From the NCBI GenBank assembly GCA_002774365.1, contig PEYM01000002.1, positions 1 through 52,196 on the forward strand: a stretch of 52,196 bases of DNA. Direction: 5' to 3'. Both the position numbers and the translations under genes were made by a program. Origin of the DNA: Candidatus Saganbacteria bacterium CG08_land_8_20_14_0_20_45_16. GTDB taxonomy: Bacteria; Margulisbacteria; WOR-1; O2-12-FULL-45-9. The notes below the pieces were generated by a model, which saw nothing but the letters and a program-made list of their open reading frames with translations, did not search any database and was not told where the DNA came from. Every line of letters starts with the position of its first letter. Position 1 is the stretch's first letter. Positions 1-10,530 of this stretch are shown here, piece by piece.

Positions 1-60
1 CATTTTCACTTTGCCCAATCCGGACATTATCACGTTGCTGCTACATTAAATTTTTAAGGC

Positions 61-88
61 TTGACAAAGCAAAGCTGTGTGCTAAAAT
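61..88 (+). promoter_or_regulatory. sigma70-type promoter of the pilin gene
   Basis: TTGACA (61-66), 16-nt spacer, TGc-TAAAAT (83-88). A strong SD (AGGAGGT) follows, before ATG 116. Confidence 0.7.
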
Positions 89-115
89 TTTGGCACAAGG
101 AGGTGAGAGATTAAC

Positions 116-490
116 ATGAAAAAAGGTTTTACTTTAATTGAGTTGGTTATGGTGATCGTTATTTTGGGCATTTTAGCTGCGACGGCTTTGCCTAGGTTTA
201 TTGATCTATCCACAAAGGCCCAAGAAAATGCGACCAAAGGCGCGCTTGGAGGGATCAGGGCAGCGATTGCGATTAAATATGCCAGTGAAGCGGCCAATGG
301 TAATGCTGCTTTTCCAGCCAGTATTTATGAATCATTGTTTGGCGACAGTAAGATCCCAGCTGAACCGTACAGTAATAATAGCGGAGTTACGGTTACTTCT
401 GGACCACCAACTGCTGATGGAACAGGTTGGTTATATGACAGTTCGACAGGGCAGGTTTGGGTAAATGACAGTGATTACGCATCTTACTAG
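116..490 (+). CDS. type IV pilin / prepilin-type N-terminal methylation domain protein
   Basis: MKKG|FTLIELVMVIVILGILAATALPRF is a class III signal peptide with Glu at +5. The gene has its own promoter, SD and terminator. Confidence 0.92.
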   Translation: MKKGFTLIELVMVIVILGILAATALPRFIDLSTKAQENATKGALGGIRAAIAIKYASEAANGNAAFPASIYESLFGDSKIPAEPYSNNSGVTVTSGPPTADGTGWLYDSSTGQVWVNDSDYASY

Positions 491-516
491 TTACTAGTAA
501 CTTTTTTAATTGACGC

Positions 517-554
517 AGGCTCTATTCCAGGTACTTGGAATAGAGCCTTTTCTT
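517..554 (+). terminator. Rho-independent terminator after pilin
   Basis: Perfect 13-bp stem AGGCTCTATTCCA / TGGAATAGAGCCT with a 6-nt loop, followed by TTTTCTT. Confidence 0.85.
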
Positions 555-596
555 ATGCTAGATTCTTAAGGAGAAACGTAACGATTGAGGGCAATG

Positions 597-614
597 GCCC
601 TCACCCCAGACAAG
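597..614. repeat. partial copy of REP-like element (GCCCTCACCCCAGACAAG)
   Basis: 18 bp identical to 10530-10547. Confidence 0.6.
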
Positions 615-651
615 CTAATGTTTTGGGATCAATGAGCGAAGGACAATTATA

Positions 652-3057
652 ATGAAAAAGACAAGTTGGAACAATCTCTTTGTTTTTTTGTTCTTTTTGG
701 GGGGTTCCTTACTCTGGTTCTATAAAGAGGCTTTTCAAGGACGTCTTTTTTGTTTTAGTGACCTGACTTTTTATTTTTACCCTTATCGCTATTTTATGGT
801 GGAGTGCCTAAAGCAGGGCGTTATCCCGCTCTGGAACCCAAATTTGCTGCTGGGCTATCCATTTTTGGCAACCTTGCAGACTGGTTTTTTTTATCCTCTC
901 TCCTTGCTCTATTTGTTGCTGCCTTTTGATTTGGCTTTTAATTGGTTTTTGCTTTTACACTATCCCTTAGCGGCATTTTTTATGTACCTCTTAGCCCGCG
1001 ACCTAAAGCGATCTCTAGCCGCGGCTAGTGCCAGTGGCCTGGTCTTTGCCTTTTGCGGTTATTCCCTGTCGGTCTTACACATGCCGACTACTTTGGCCTC
1101 AATCATTTGGGTCCCGCTGGTTTTGTTAACTTTTAGAAAATTGCTGGCTGGCCCAGCTGCAGCCCTTTGGTCAACTGGTTTAAGATTGATTTTGTTTGCC
1201 CTAACTTTAACCCTGGTCTTTCTTGGCGGCGAGCCAACCATTAGTTATTGCACGCTGCTTTTATTGCTTGGATATCTGCTTATCTTTGATCTGCCGCAAT
1301 TTTGGCGCGGCCTTGGTTACCTAATAGCTGGCTGGTGCTTGAGCGCGGCCTTGGCGGCTGTCCAGTTATTGCCTTTTTTGGAATTGCTGGCTCACTCATC
1401 TCGTCTTAGTGGTCTGACTTTTACTGAAGCTGCTTATTTTTCCCTTGAACCCAGAAAGCTGCTTGAGTTTTTGCTGCCTTATTTTTTTCATTTGACAGAG
1501 TTCCCATGGGTAGAGACAGGCTGGCTTAAGGTTCCATATTTGGGGATTGTGCCACTGACCTTGGCCTTGCTGGCCTTGCTATTTCATCAGGACAGGCGGC
1601 GTTGGTTGCTAGTTGGGGCGGCTTTGCTCTTATTGCTCGTGATTGGCGGCTCTTATTCGCCCATACCGCTTTATGCTCTTTTGTTCAAGTATGTTCCTGG
1701 CTTTGGCTTTTTTCGCTATCCGATCAAGTTTGTTTTTTTACTGGTCTTTTTACTGGCCGTAGCAGTTGGCTTTGCCCTGGACTTGCTCTGGCAGCTTGGG
1801 CCCAGACTAAAAAAAGGCCTAGAGATTATTTTGCTGGGCTGGCTGGTGTTATTTGGCCTGTCTCTTTGCTTAGCCAAGCAACCAGTGGTTTTTTGGCTTT
1901 TGCTGCAACCTCTTTTTAGTCAAGAAATTTCCCAGGGGCTAACGCCTTATCTAACTCAAATTACAGTGCCGCGCGATCTAGCTAATCTTTTGCTTAGCCA
2001 AGCCCTGGTTTTAGTTTTGCTTTTTTGGGCTTGGGTTGGGGCTGGGCGGCTGGTCCGTCGGCCTTTTTTTCTGGCTGGCTTGGTGGCGCTCATTTTTTTC
2101 GATCTTTTCTCAGCCAATGCTAACAGTAACTTAGTCGTTAACCAGTCTGAATATAAAATTGTTCCGCCGAATGTGTTGCGGCTAAAGCAGGACCAATCGC
2201 TTTTTAGATGTTTTGCTAGCCCACGCCTTTATTTCAAGGCCCGCAGCGAAACAGTGAATGATTTTTACCATTATCCGCTAGCGTTAGCCGCCTTGAGAAA
2301 TCGGCTCTGTCCTAATCAGAATATGCTCTTTGGCCTGGTCCAGGTGGATGGTTATGAGTCTATCCGCGGGGTTGACCAGGAGGAGATGATCAAAAGAATT
2401 GCTTTGCTAGACAGGCTTGACCAGACCCGCGTCCTTGATTTGCTTAACATTAAATACCTTGTGACTGCTGGCCGGCTGGCCCAGCCAGGTTATAAGCTGG
2501 TTAGTTATAACCCAAAAGATGCCAAAGGGACCCCGATTTTTCTATATGAAAATCAGCATGTTTTGCCGCGGGCTTTCTTGGTCAAACAGGCCAGAATTAT
2601 TAAGGACCGCAGGAAAATTTTAGCCTATCTTTTTAGCAACCAGTTTGAGCCTCAGCGCGAGGTGATTTTAGAAGCTGATCCGCATCAGGCTATTGACCAA
2701 GCAAAGCCCAATGGCTTATCAGATCAAGTGCTGGTCAAAGAGTACTCGCCTAATAGGGTCAGGCTTGAGGTTGTATCTTCTCAAGACCAGTTTTTGTTTT
2801 TGAGCGATTGGTATTATCCTGGCTGGCAAGCAACAGTTGCTGGCCAGCCGGTCGTGATCAGGCGGGCGAATTATATGTTCCGGGCAATTAGGGTGGGGCC
2901 AGGCAGGCAGACTGTGGAATTTGTCTATCGGCCAGCTTCTTTTATTGTTGGGGCAGCGATCTCTCTGTTGACCTGGCTGGGAATGGTGTTTTGGCTGGCC
3001 TTGGGTTGGTGGCGCCTGGCTCGTGCCAAGGAGAGTGTTATAATAAAAGGGCCATGA
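652..3057 (+). CDS. YfhO-family (GT-C fold) multi-TM glycosyltransferase
   Basis: N-terminal DL..YFYP..PLWNP..LGYPFLA..FYP motif, many TM helices, C-terminal LFLSDWYYPGWQATV motif. Confidence 0.85.
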   Translation: MKKTSWNNLFVFLFFLGGSLLWFYKEAFQGRLFCFSDLTFYFYPYRYFMVECLKQGVIPLWNPNLLLGYPFLATLQTGFFYPLSLLYLLLPFDLAFNWFLLLHYPLAAFFMYLLARDLKRSLAAASASGLVFAFCGYSLSVLHMPTTLASIIWVPLVLLTFRKLLAGPAAALWSTGLRLILFALTLTLVFLGGEPTISYCTLLLLLGYLLIFDLPQFWRGLGYLIAGWCLSAALAAVQLLPFLELLAHSSRLSGLTFTEAAYFSLEPRKLLEFLLPYFFHLTEFPWVETGWLKVPYLGIVPLTLALLALLFHQDRRRWLLVGAALLLLLVIGGSYSPIPLYALLFKYVPGFGFFRYPIKFVFLLVFLLAVAVGFALDLLWQLGPRLKKGLEIILLGWLVLFGLSLCLAKQPVVFWLLLQPLFSQEISQGLTPYLTQITVPRDLANLLLSQALVLVLLFWAWVGAGRLVRRPFFLAGLVALIFFDLFSANANSNLVVNQSEYKIVPPNVLRLKQDQSLFRCFASPRLYFKARSETVNDFYHYPLALAALRNRLCPNQNMLFGLVQVDGYESIRGVDQEEMIKRIALLDRLDQTRVLDLLNIKYLVTAGRLAQPGYKLVSYNPKDAKGTPIFLYENQHVLPRAFLVKQARIIKDRRKILAYLFSNQFEPQREVILEADPHQAIDQAKPNGLSDQVLVKEYSPNRVRLEVVSSQDQFLFLSDWYYPGWQATVAGQPVVIRRANYMFRAIRVGPGRQTVEFVYRPASFIVGAAISLLTWLGMVFWLALGWWRLARAKESVIIKGP

Positions 3058-5318
3058 TCAAACAAGAGAATATTTTTGCCTTTTTGTTCTTTCTGCTCTT
3101 AACTATTTTATTCTTTGGCCGGTTCCTTTCTGGTCAAGAGGTCTTGGCCTATAAAGACTTATCGCGTTATTTTTATCCGCTTAAATATTTGATGGTGGCC
3201 CAGGTCAAGAGCGGCCATTTCCCACTCTGGAACCCTTATATTTTTTGCGGATTTCCTTTGCTCGCTACGCTGCAAGTGGGCTGCTTTTATCCCTTGAGCT
3301 TAATTTTCTATTTATTGCCTTTTAAGCTAGCCTTTAATTATTTTACTATCTTGCATTATTTTTTGGCAGCTTCGTTTATGTATCTTTTGCTGCGCCATTA
3401 TGCGTTAGGTTTTGCCAGTGCCCTGTTTGGCGGGATTGTTTTTGCTTTCTCTGGATATTTGCTTTCGGTTTCAAACATGAACACCTCACTGGCCGCGGTC
3501 ACTTGGTTGCCATTGGTAGTGCTGTGGGCTGATCGCTTATTTGCTTGTTTTTCTTGGGGCAATTTGCTGGTTTTAGCTGTTTTGCTGGCTGTCCAGTTCT
3601 TGGGTGGTGAGCCCACGATAATTTATGTTACCCTGTTTTTCCTTGCTGTTTATGCTGCGGTGGTGGCCCGGTCAAGCCGCGCTTATATTTTAAGCCTGGG
3701 GCGTTTGGTCCTGGCTGGTCTGATTGGTTTGGGGTTAGTCGCGGTTCAGCTTTTTCCTTTTCTGGAGTTGACCCGTTATTCAGATCGTCTGGTTCGGACA
3801 GCTTTTGACCTTGTAACTTTTCGTTCTTTTCCACCACGGGAGCTTTTGACTTTTGTTTTTCCCTATTTTTTTGGCAACCTGACCCGTTTTGGCGGCTATG
3901 GTGAAACGCTTTTGGGGCAGATGAACCAGGATTGGTTGATCTCGCCGTATCTAGGCTTATTGCCCCTGCTCTTTGTTGGTTTAGCTTTTTTTAAAGCCAA
4001 GCGCAAACTTTCATTTTTCTTGTTGGGGGTTACTCTTGTTTCTCTCTTGCTGGCTTTTGGCCGCTACACCCCTTTTTACCGGCTGGTTTTTTTGCTGCCT
4101 GGGATTGCTGCGATTCGTTTTCCGGTTAAGTATCTTTTTTTAACGACTTTTTGTTTAACGCTTTTAGCGAGTTTTGGCTTTTCCGCTATGTTGGAAGCAC
4201 TTAATCAAAAGCCAGAGAAGCTGGTTGTTTTTTTGCGTTGGCTTTGGTCGGTAATTATTTTTTTGCTGCTTGTTTTTTTGGCTGCTTATCTGTTGCGCTG
4301 GCAGCTTTTTACTTTTTTGTTGGGCCGCTATCACCAGCTCCCCTTGTTTTTTGTCAATTTGCTGGGCTATCTGGTTGAGTTTAATTTAAGCAGCTTGCTT
4401 TTTGTCTTGCTTTATTTAATTGCCCTGGCCTTGCTCCTTTATTTAGTACTCAAGGGGCGCTTGAAGAAAATACTTTTCTTGGCCTTGCTATTTCTTTTGT
4501 TAATCGCTGACCTTTTTGCCAATGGTTACCCGATCCCGATCGCAGCCAAGGCCTGGGTTTTTGATCAGACCCCGACCAACTTTGCGATCTTGCAAAAAGA
4601 TCCTGGGCTGTTCCGTTTTTTCTATACGCCAGAGCTGGAAGCAGAGGGCCGCTCGATCTATGGCCATGATTACAGCCAGGCTTTGTTCAATACCAAGGAC
4701 AATTTTACTGCTAACTGGCATATTCCTTACGGCTTTTATGATTTTTATGGCTATGAATCAATTAAGCCATGGCAGTTTTTTAAATATTACCAAACTAATT
4801 TTACTAAGGAGAAATTTGCCCAAAACCTTAAGTCCTTATCTTTTTATAATGTGAAATATATTGCTTCAATAGAAAGGTTAAAGTTTTCTAGCTTGAAACT
4901 GCTTCGGCACAAAAAGGCCTATGGTCAAGACCTTTACCTTTATGAGAATACCAAAGTCCTGCCTCGGGCTTATTGCCTTGACGCTCATGGCCGCCCGCAG
5001 CTTAAAGGTGAAAAGGTGATTGTCAAAAAGTACTTACCCGGTGAGATTGAAATTCTGGCAACCCTTGATGGGCCGGGCCATCTGTTTTTGAGCGAGGCTT
5101 ATTATCCTGGCTGGCGTGCCTTGGTCAATGGGGTGGAGGCAAAGATAGAAAAAGGGAACAATTTTTTCATGGCACTGCCGCTGGGCCAAGGGACTTACTC
5201 GATTAAATTTATTTATGATCCGCTCTCCTTTAAGTTGGGCGGACTTATTAGCTTGGCCACTTTACTGATGATCTTGGTGGGCTCGGTTATGAAATACCGG
5301 GTTGGGGGTGTGCGGTGA
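3054..5318 (+). CDS. YfhO-family (GT-C fold) glycosyltransferase, tandem paralog
   Basis: Same motifs (DLSRYFYP, PLWNP, LFLSEAYYPGW). ATG 3054 overlaps the upstream stop (ATGA), so it is preferred over 2991. Confidence 0.85.
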   Translation: MIKQENIFAFLFFLLLTILFFGRFLSGQEVLAYKDLSRYFYPLKYLMVAQVKSGHFPLWNPYIFCGFPLLATLQVGCFYPLSLIFYLLPFKLAFNYFTILHYFLAASFMYLLLRHYALGFASALFGGIVFAFSGYLLSVSNMNTSLAAVTWLPLVVLWADRLFACFSWGNLLVLAVLLAVQFLGGEPTIIYVTLFFLAVYAAVVARSSRAYILSLGRLVLAGLIGLGLVAVQLFPFLELTRYSDRLVRTAFDLVTFRSFPPRELLTFVFPYFFGNLTRFGGYGETLLGQMNQDWLISPYLGLLPLLFVGLAFFKAKRKLSFFLLGVTLVSLLLAFGRYTPFYRLVFLLPGIAAIRFPVKYLFLTTFCLTLLASFGFSAMLEALNQKPEKLVVFLRWLWSVIIFLLLVFLAAYLLRWQLFTFLLGRYHQLPLFFVNLLGYLVEFNLSSLLFVLLYLIALALLLYLVLKGRLKKILFLALLFLLLIADLFANGYPIPIAAKAWVFDQTPTNFAILQKDPGLFRFFYTPELEAEGRSIYGHDYSQALFNTKDNFTANWHIPYGFYDFYGYESIKPWQFFKYYQTNFTKEKFAQNLKSLSFYNVKYIASIERLKFSSLKLLRHKKAYGQDLYLYENTKVLPRAYCLDAHGRPQLKGEKVIVKKYLPGEIEILATLDGPGHLFLSEAYYPGWRALVNGVEAKIEKGNNFFMALPLGQGTYSIKFIYDPLSFKLGGLISLATLLMILVGSVMKYRVGGVR

Positions 5319-6010
5319 AGCTTTCTTGTTTTTTCCCAATGTATAATGAAGCGGCAAATATCAAGGCAGTGGTTGCTTCTGCTGTCTCTGTTTTGGCTAA
5401 AAGCAGCCAGGAGTTTGAGGTCATTATTGTTAATGATGGGAGTAGTGACCGCACCCAAGTGATTGCCGAGGAGCTGGCGAAAAATGACCCTAGGATCAAA
5501 GTGGTCAATCATGCGGCCAACCAAGGCTATGGCGCGGCGCTGCGCTCAGGCTTTGCTGCTTGCCAACATGAAATTATTTTTCAATGTGATGGCGATAATC
5601 AGTACCAGTTAGCAGAACTCAAACTGCTCTTGCCTTATTTAAATGATTATGATTTTGTGATTGGATATCGGCTTAAGCGGGCCGACCCTTTTTACAGGGT
5701 CCTGGAGGCGCTCTGGTACCGTTTTTTGCTTTTAGTCTTGTTTCGTTTAAATTTACGCGACACTAATTGTGCTTTTAAGCTCTTTAAAAAGAGTATTCTT
5801 GAGCAGTTAAAGCTTGAGTCTAATGGGGCAATTATTAATGGCGAAGTCTTTGTTAAAGCGAGAAAATTTGGGTTTACTAATATTAAGCAAGTGGGGGTCC
5901 ATCACTATCCCCGGCCCAAAGGGGCGCAAACAGGGGCCAAGCCTCGGGTCTTGCTTGAAGCTCTAGCTTCTATTTTGCGATTGTGGTGGCAGGGACGTAG
6001 TTGTCAATAG
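5315..6010 (+). CDS. GT2 glycosyltransferase (DPM1/GtrB-like polyprenyl-phosphate sugar transferase)
   Basis: PMYNE, VNDGSSD, NQGYGAAL, DGDNQY and DTNCAFKLF motifs. Confidence 0.85.
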   Translation: MKLSCFFPMYNEAANIKAVVASAVSVLAKSSQEFEVIIVNDGSSDRTQVIAEELAKNDPRIKVVNHAANQGYGAALRSGFAACQHEIIFQCDGDNQYQLAELKLLLPYLNDYDFVIGYRLKRADPFYRVLEALWYRFLLLVLFRLNLRDTNCAFKLFKKSILEQLKLESNGAIINGEVFVKARKFGFTNIKQVGVHHYPRPKGAQTGAKPRVLLEALASILRLWWQGRSCQ

Positions 6011-6524
6011 CTTGTTTAAGCATGGCTGGATTGTGGGCAAACCAATCTTCAAGTAAACGGGCAACGGTAAAGGCTGTCTGAATATCCTCCATTACAGTAG
6101 GGATCTCTTCTTGCTTGTCTATATCGGCCATATTTTTGCAATTTTCTGATATCAAGAAATTTAAATTGCTTTCTAAGGCAACTATTCTGTTGCTGAGATA
6201 GTCTGTTAAAGCATCAATATTTGCTAATTCTGCTACTGATGAATAACGAGGGCCGTCCTCCCCAATTCCATAAGTAGCTAAATCTTGCAACAAGGCCTCT
6301 TCTGTTTTTTGGGGATTGTTGCAATATTTGACAAATTTAGCTCCCTTGATCTCGGCTTGCAAAGTTTTTAAGATCTCAAACATGGTCTGCTTGGGCCCTT
6401 TTGTCACGAAGCTGCCTTTGTTTCTGGCTTGGTGCAAGAGGGTAAAGAGTAAGCACTGGGTTGATCTATGAAAAACTGGTGGCAAAGGAATTGTTTTAAT
6501 TCTTTGAATGTTGCTAATTGCCAT
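5970..6524 (-). CDS. orphan hypothetical protein (184 aa)
   Basis: Fills the gap between the GT2 gene and proS. SD AAGGAG and the TGAAATTT-N15-GATA motif lie upstream. No family recognised. Confidence 0.65.
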   Translation of the reverse strand: MAISNIQRIKTIPLPPVFHRSTQCLLFTLLHQARNKGSFVTKGPKQTMFEILKTLQAEIKGAKFVKYCNNPQKTEEALLQDLATYGIGEDGPRYSSVAELANIDALTDYLSNRIVALESNLNFLISENCKNMADIDKQEEIPTVMEDIQTAFTVARLLEDWFAHNPAMLKQAIDNYVPATTIAK

Positions 6525-6552
6525 TTGTTTTATGCTCCTTCCTACAAGCTAA

Positions 6553-6579
6553 TATCTTCTCTTTCCTTCATAAATTTCA
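6553..6579 (-). promoter_or_regulatory. sigma-28-like motif TGAAATTT-N15-GATA
   Basis: Minus strand reads GTGAAATTT ATGAAGGAAAGAGAA GATATT. Confidence 0.6.
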
Positions 6580-6654
6580 CTTTTAATGCGGCTATTTTTG
6601 TGATATAATAAAGGTTGATCGAGGCCGTATTTTGGGGAGGCAGAGCTAATTTAG

Positions 6655-7908
6655 ATGAAGTTTTCGCAATTGGTGGCGCCAACGCTTCGAGAAGACCCTG
6701 CAGAGGCCGAGATTGTATCCCACAAATTATTACTTCGCGCGGGTTTTATTCGCAAACTGGCTACCGGCGTCTACACTTACTTACCCCTTGGTTTAAAAGT
6801 CTTAAATAATGTTACCCGGGTTGTTCGCGAAGAAATGGACCGTGCTGGAGCCCAAGAAATCTTTATGCCGGTTCTGCAGCCAGCTGAGCTCTGGCAGGAG
6901 ACTGGCCGTTGGAAACAGTATGGTAAAGAACTTTTTCGGATCAAAGACCGACACGAGCGCGATTTTTGCCTGGGCCCAACGCACGAAGAGGTCATTACTG
7001 ACCTAGTTAAAAATTCAATCAATTCATACCGTAGTTTGCCGGTCACTCTTTATCAAATCCAGACCAAATTTCGTGATGAGATCCGCCCGCGTTTTGGCTT
7101 AATGCGCGGCCGTGAATTTATGATGAAGGATGCTTACAGTTTCCACCCTAATGAAGCTGATCTTGACCGTGAATATCAAAATATGCACCAGACCTATTGT
7201 CGGATTTTTGAGCGCTTGGGCCTGAAGTTTAGGGTAGTTGAAGCGGCGGCTGGTTTGATTGGCGGCGGTTATTCCCAAGAGTTTATGGTCTTGGCCGAAA
7301 CAGGCGAAGATGAGATTTTTTGCTGCCAGGCTTGTGATTACGCGGCCAGTCGCGAGTTGCTCGAGGCTAATGTTTGCCCCAAGTGTGGGAGCAGCAAATA
7401 TGAGCTGATCCGCGGGATTGAGGTTGGCCATATTTTTAAGCTCGGCACTAAGTATTCTTCAAAAATGAAGTGTGTTTATGTTGATGAGAACAATCAAGAA
7501 CAGCCAATGGTCATGGGCTGCTACGGGATTGGGGTGGCCAGAACAGCTCAAGCTGCGATTGAGCAGAACCATGATAAAGATGGCATTATTTGGCCCATGC
7601 CCCTAGCGCCTTATAAAATAGCCGTAGTTCCTGTAAACATTGAGGAAACTGAGCAGCGGGAAGTGGCGGAAAAATTGTATAGGGCGATGAGCGGTGAGGG
7701 GGGCGGGGTGAGCGTGCTTTTTGACGATCGAGACAAGCGGATTGGGGCCAAGCTCAAAGATATTGATCTGATTGGGATCCCGATCAAAGTGATTGTTGGT
7801 CCCAAAGGTTTAAAAGAGGGTAAGGTTGAGGTTAAGTGGCGCCGCGACGGCAAAACCGAGCTGGTCGCCAAGGAAAAGGTAGTGGAATGGTTAGCACAAT
7901 CCCTTTAG
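6655..7908 (+). CDS. proS: prolyl-tRNA synthetase (short form without INS editing domain)
   Basis: [58 protein letters not shown] motifs. Confidence 0.97.
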   Translation: MKFSQLVAPTLREDPAEAEIVSHKLLLRAGFIRKLATGVYTYLPLGLKVLNNVTRVVREEMDRAGAQEIFMPVLQPAELWQETGRWKQYGKELFRIKDRHERDFCLGPTHEEVITDLVKNSINSYRSLPVTLYQIQTKFRDEIRPRFGLMRGREFMMKDAYSFHPNEADLDREYQNMHQTYCRIFERLGLKFRVVEAAAGLIGGGYSQEFMVLAETGEDEIFCCQACDYAASRELLEANVCPKCGSSKYELIRGIEVGHIFKLGTKYSSKMKCVYVDENNQEQPMVMGCYGIGVARTAQAAIEQNHDKDGIIWPMPLAPYKIAVVPVNIEETEQREVAEKLYRAMSGEGGGVSVLFDDRDKRIGAKLKDIDLIGIPIKVIVGPKGLKEGKVEVKWRRDGKTELVAKEKVVEWLAQSL

Positions 7909-9299
7909 ACGATAAACCCAAAGAGGCTTGCGGGGTCTACGGTATTTTTTCTTTTAATGGCGAGCCTTTGGCCAAGTTGGTTTATTACGGGCTTTATGCT
8001 TTGCAGCACCGTGGCCAAGAATCAGCTGGTATTTACACCTCAAATGGCCAACAGCTTCAAGGGAAGGTTGGCATGGGCTTGGTCAACATGATCTTTAATG
8101 AGGAAAACCTTAAAGAGCTCAAAGGCAATATTGCTTTGGGCCATGTTCGCTACTCCACTACGGGTTCTTCGATTCTAGCTAATGCTCAGCCAGTGGTGAT
8201 GACCACCAAATACGGGCCAATTGCCTTGGTTCACAATGGCAATCTTATTAATACCGCGGATTTGCGGGCAGAACTGCCTAACCATAAATGGCAGAGCACA
8301 AATGATACAGAGGTTATTGCCGCCCACATTGCGAACTCCAGCGCACCCAACCTTCAGGCAGCGATCATTGAGACATTAAACAAATGTCGAGGCGCGTTTT
8401 CGCTGGGAATTATGAGCCTAGACACGCTTTTTGCGGTGCGTGATCCGCATGGTATTAGGCCGTTATCTGTTGGCAAGCTCAAAGATGCTTATGTGATTGC
8501 CTCGGAAACCTGCGCGCTTGATGTGGTGGGCGCTGAATTTGTGCGTGATGTATCGGCCGGCGAATTGGTCATTATTAATAAAGATGGCTTGCAGTCCAAG
8601 ACTTGGGCCAGGGGCGTGGACGAGGCTTTGTGTGTTTTTGAGTTTATTTATTTTGCCAGGCCAGACAGTGTGATTAATGGCCGCAGTTTTCATGATGTTA
8701 GGGTTAACTTGGGTAAGTACCTGGCCAAAGAGCAGTCGGTTGACGCTGAAATGGTTATTGCTGTGCCTGATTCTGGCATTCCCGCAGCTATTGGCTTTGC
8801 TAAGGAATCAGGGATTCCTTTTACCGAAGGGTTGATTAAAAACCGCTACATTGGCCGGACTTTTATCCAGCCAACCCAAGCCATGAGGGAAATTGGAGTG
8901 CGTATGAAATTAAACCCGATCAGGGACTCTGTGCGCGGGAAAAAGCTGGTGCTGATCGATGATTCAATTGTCAGAGGCACGACCTCAAGGCAGATCGTCA
9001 GGCTCTTGCGGGAAAATGGGGCCAGGGAAGTCCATGTGCGGGTCTCTTCTCCGCCAATTATGTACCCTTGTTTTTACGGTATTGATACGTCGACCCGGGC
9101 AGAATTGATTGCGGCCAACTTATCGATTGAAGGGATCAGAAAATACATTGAGGCTGATAGCTTAGGTTATTTATCGCTCAGGAGCTTAGCCAAAGCTATT
9201 AACTTGCCTAGGGATCGGTTATGCATGGCGTGTCTTAATGGTGATTATCCAGTGAAGCTGCCAGAGAAATTAGAGAGCTTAAAGTTATTTTTTGAATAA
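7887..9299 (+). CDS. purF: amidophosphoribosyltransferase
   Basis: Propeptide then EA|[23 protein letters not shown] and [12 protein letters not shown] 7887 is the likely start. Confidence 0.97.
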   Translation: MVSTIPLDDKPKEACGVYGIFSFNGEPLAKLVYYGLYALQHRGQESAGIYTSNGQQLQGKVGMGLVNMIFNEENLKELKGNIALGHVRYSTTGSSILANAQPVVMTTKYGPIALVHNGNLINTADLRAELPNHKWQSTNDTEVIAAHIANSSAPNLQAAIIETLNKCRGAFSLGIMSLDTLFAVRDPHGIRPLSVGKLKDAYVIASETCALDVVGAEFVRDVSAGELVIINKDGLQSKTWARGVDEALCVFEFIYFARPDSVINGRSFHDVRVNLGKYLAKEQSVDAEMVIAVPDSGIPAAIGFAKESGIPFTEGLIKNRYIGRTFIQPTQAMREIGVRMKLNPIRDSVRGKKLVLIDDSIVRGTTSRQIVRLLRENGAREVHVRVSSPPIMYPCFYGIDTSTRAELIAANLSIEGIRKYIEADSLGYLSLRSLAKAINLPRDRLCMACLNGDYPVKLPEKLESLKLFFE

Positions 9300-9308
9300 G
9301 AAGGGGAG

Positions 9309-9515
9309 GTGAAAAAAATGGAAAATTGCAGTTCTTTCCCAAAATGCACTCAATGTGACAAGGGGCAAATGTTGCCGCTGTCTGATTTTTCCAATAATTC
9401 GGTTGCGATCAGATATAAAGCGTGGGCCTGTACCAACAGGGAGTGCCGTTTCTTTGTTGTCCTTAGAGGTGGAGATGTTTATTACGGTACCGCAACGTCA
9501 GAAGCAGCCAGATAA
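9309..9515 (+). CDS. small putative zinc-ribbon protein
   Basis: CTQC...CTNREC cysteine pairs, SD GGGAGG, position inside the pur operon. Confidence 0.65.
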   Translation: MKKMENCSSFPKCTQCDKGQMLPLSDFSNNSVAIRYKAWACTNRECRFFVVLRGGDVYYGTATSEAAR

Positions 9516-9546
9516 GTTTTAAGTTTAACTAGGAGGGTTGAGAGAT

Positions 9547-10530
9547 ATGGTTACCTATAAGCAGGCTGGGGTAGATGTTGATGCGGGCAATGAGGTGGTC
9601 AAGCGGATTAAAAAATTTGCCAAGGGGATTGGCTTTTTTGGCGGCTTGTATCCGCTGGGCAAAAATTATTTAGTGGGGGCGGCCGATGGGGTGGGAACAA
9701 AACTAAAAATTGCTTTTGCCATGAACCGCCATGATACAGTTGGGATCGATCTGGTGGCTATGAATGTTGATGACGTGGTTGTTTGCGGGGCTAAGCCGCT
9801 CTTTTTTCTTGATTACATTGGGGCGCAAAAGGTCCACCCGCCGCAGATAGAAAAAATTATCAGAGGGATTGCTCTTGGCTGTAAAAAAGCCGAGTGTCAG
9901 CTGCTTGGCGGTGAGACGGCTGAGCTGCCAGACATGTACCGAGATGGTGAGTATGATCTGGCTGGTTTTTGCGTGGGCCTGGTAGAGCGGGACAAGCTGA
10001 TCATGGGAGCTAAGATCAGGAGCGGAGACAAGTTGATTGGCCTGGCCTCTTCTGGGCTGCACAGTAATGGCTATACCTTGGCCCGCAAGGTCTTGCTGGA
10101 AAAATCACGGCTTGACCTTAAGCAATATGTTGATGATCTTGATAAGACCTTGGGCGATGAACTGCTTACCCCGACCAAGATCTATACGCCAGCGATCCTT
10201 AAATTGATCAAACGTTTTAACATTAAAGGCATGGCGCATATTACTGGTGGCGGCCTGCCGGAAAACATTGCTCGGGTGCTGCCAAAAAACGTTCAAGTGG
10301 TGATTGATTTAAATTCCTGGAAACCCCAGACTATCTTTAGGTTGATCCAGCGTTTAGGCAAAGTTTCTCAAGATGAGATGTTCCGCACCTTTAATATGGG
10401 GATTGGCATGGTTGTAGTGGTGGCAGCAAAAGATGTTGATAAGGTCCTGGCTTTTCTCAAAAAACAGGGCGAAAAGGCCTTTATGATCGGTGATATTGAA
10501 CGGGGAAAGCGGGAAGTAATTATTATTTAG
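9547..10530 (+). CDS. purM: phosphoribosylformylglycinamidine cyclo-ligase
   Basis: YKQAGVD, DGVGTK, GGETAE, SSGLHSNG, HITGGG and TFNMGIG motifs. Start is 9547 ATG or 9538 TTG. Confidence 0.97.
   Translation: MVTYKQAGVDVDAGNEVVKRIKKFAKGIGFFGGLYPLGKNYLVGAADGVGTKLKIAFAMNRHDTVGIDLVAMNVDDVVVCGAKPLFFLDYIGAQKVHPPQIEKIIRGIALGCKKAECQLLGGETAELPDMYRDGEYDLAGFCVGLVERDKLIMGAKIRSGDKLIGLASSGLHSNGYTLARKVLLEKSRLDLKQYVDDLDKTLGDELLTPTKIYTPAILKLIKRFNIKGMAHITGGGLPENIARVLPKNVQVVIDLNSWKPQTIFRLIQRLGKVSQDEMFRTFNMGIGMVVVVAAKDVDKVLAFLKKQGEKAFMIGDIERGKREVIII

Noticed and set aside
28-55. AAAAATTT-N16-GATAAT on the minus strand (and CGATAAT at ~52170) as further sigma-28-like sites
   Set aside because: The upstream box mismatches, the spacing differs, TGATAAT fits a sigma70 -10 box equally well, and both sites are at window edges.
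7836-7886. Longer purF start (GTG 7836)
   Set aside because: It overlaps proS extensively. ATG 7887 gives a normal short propeptide before the catalytic Cys.
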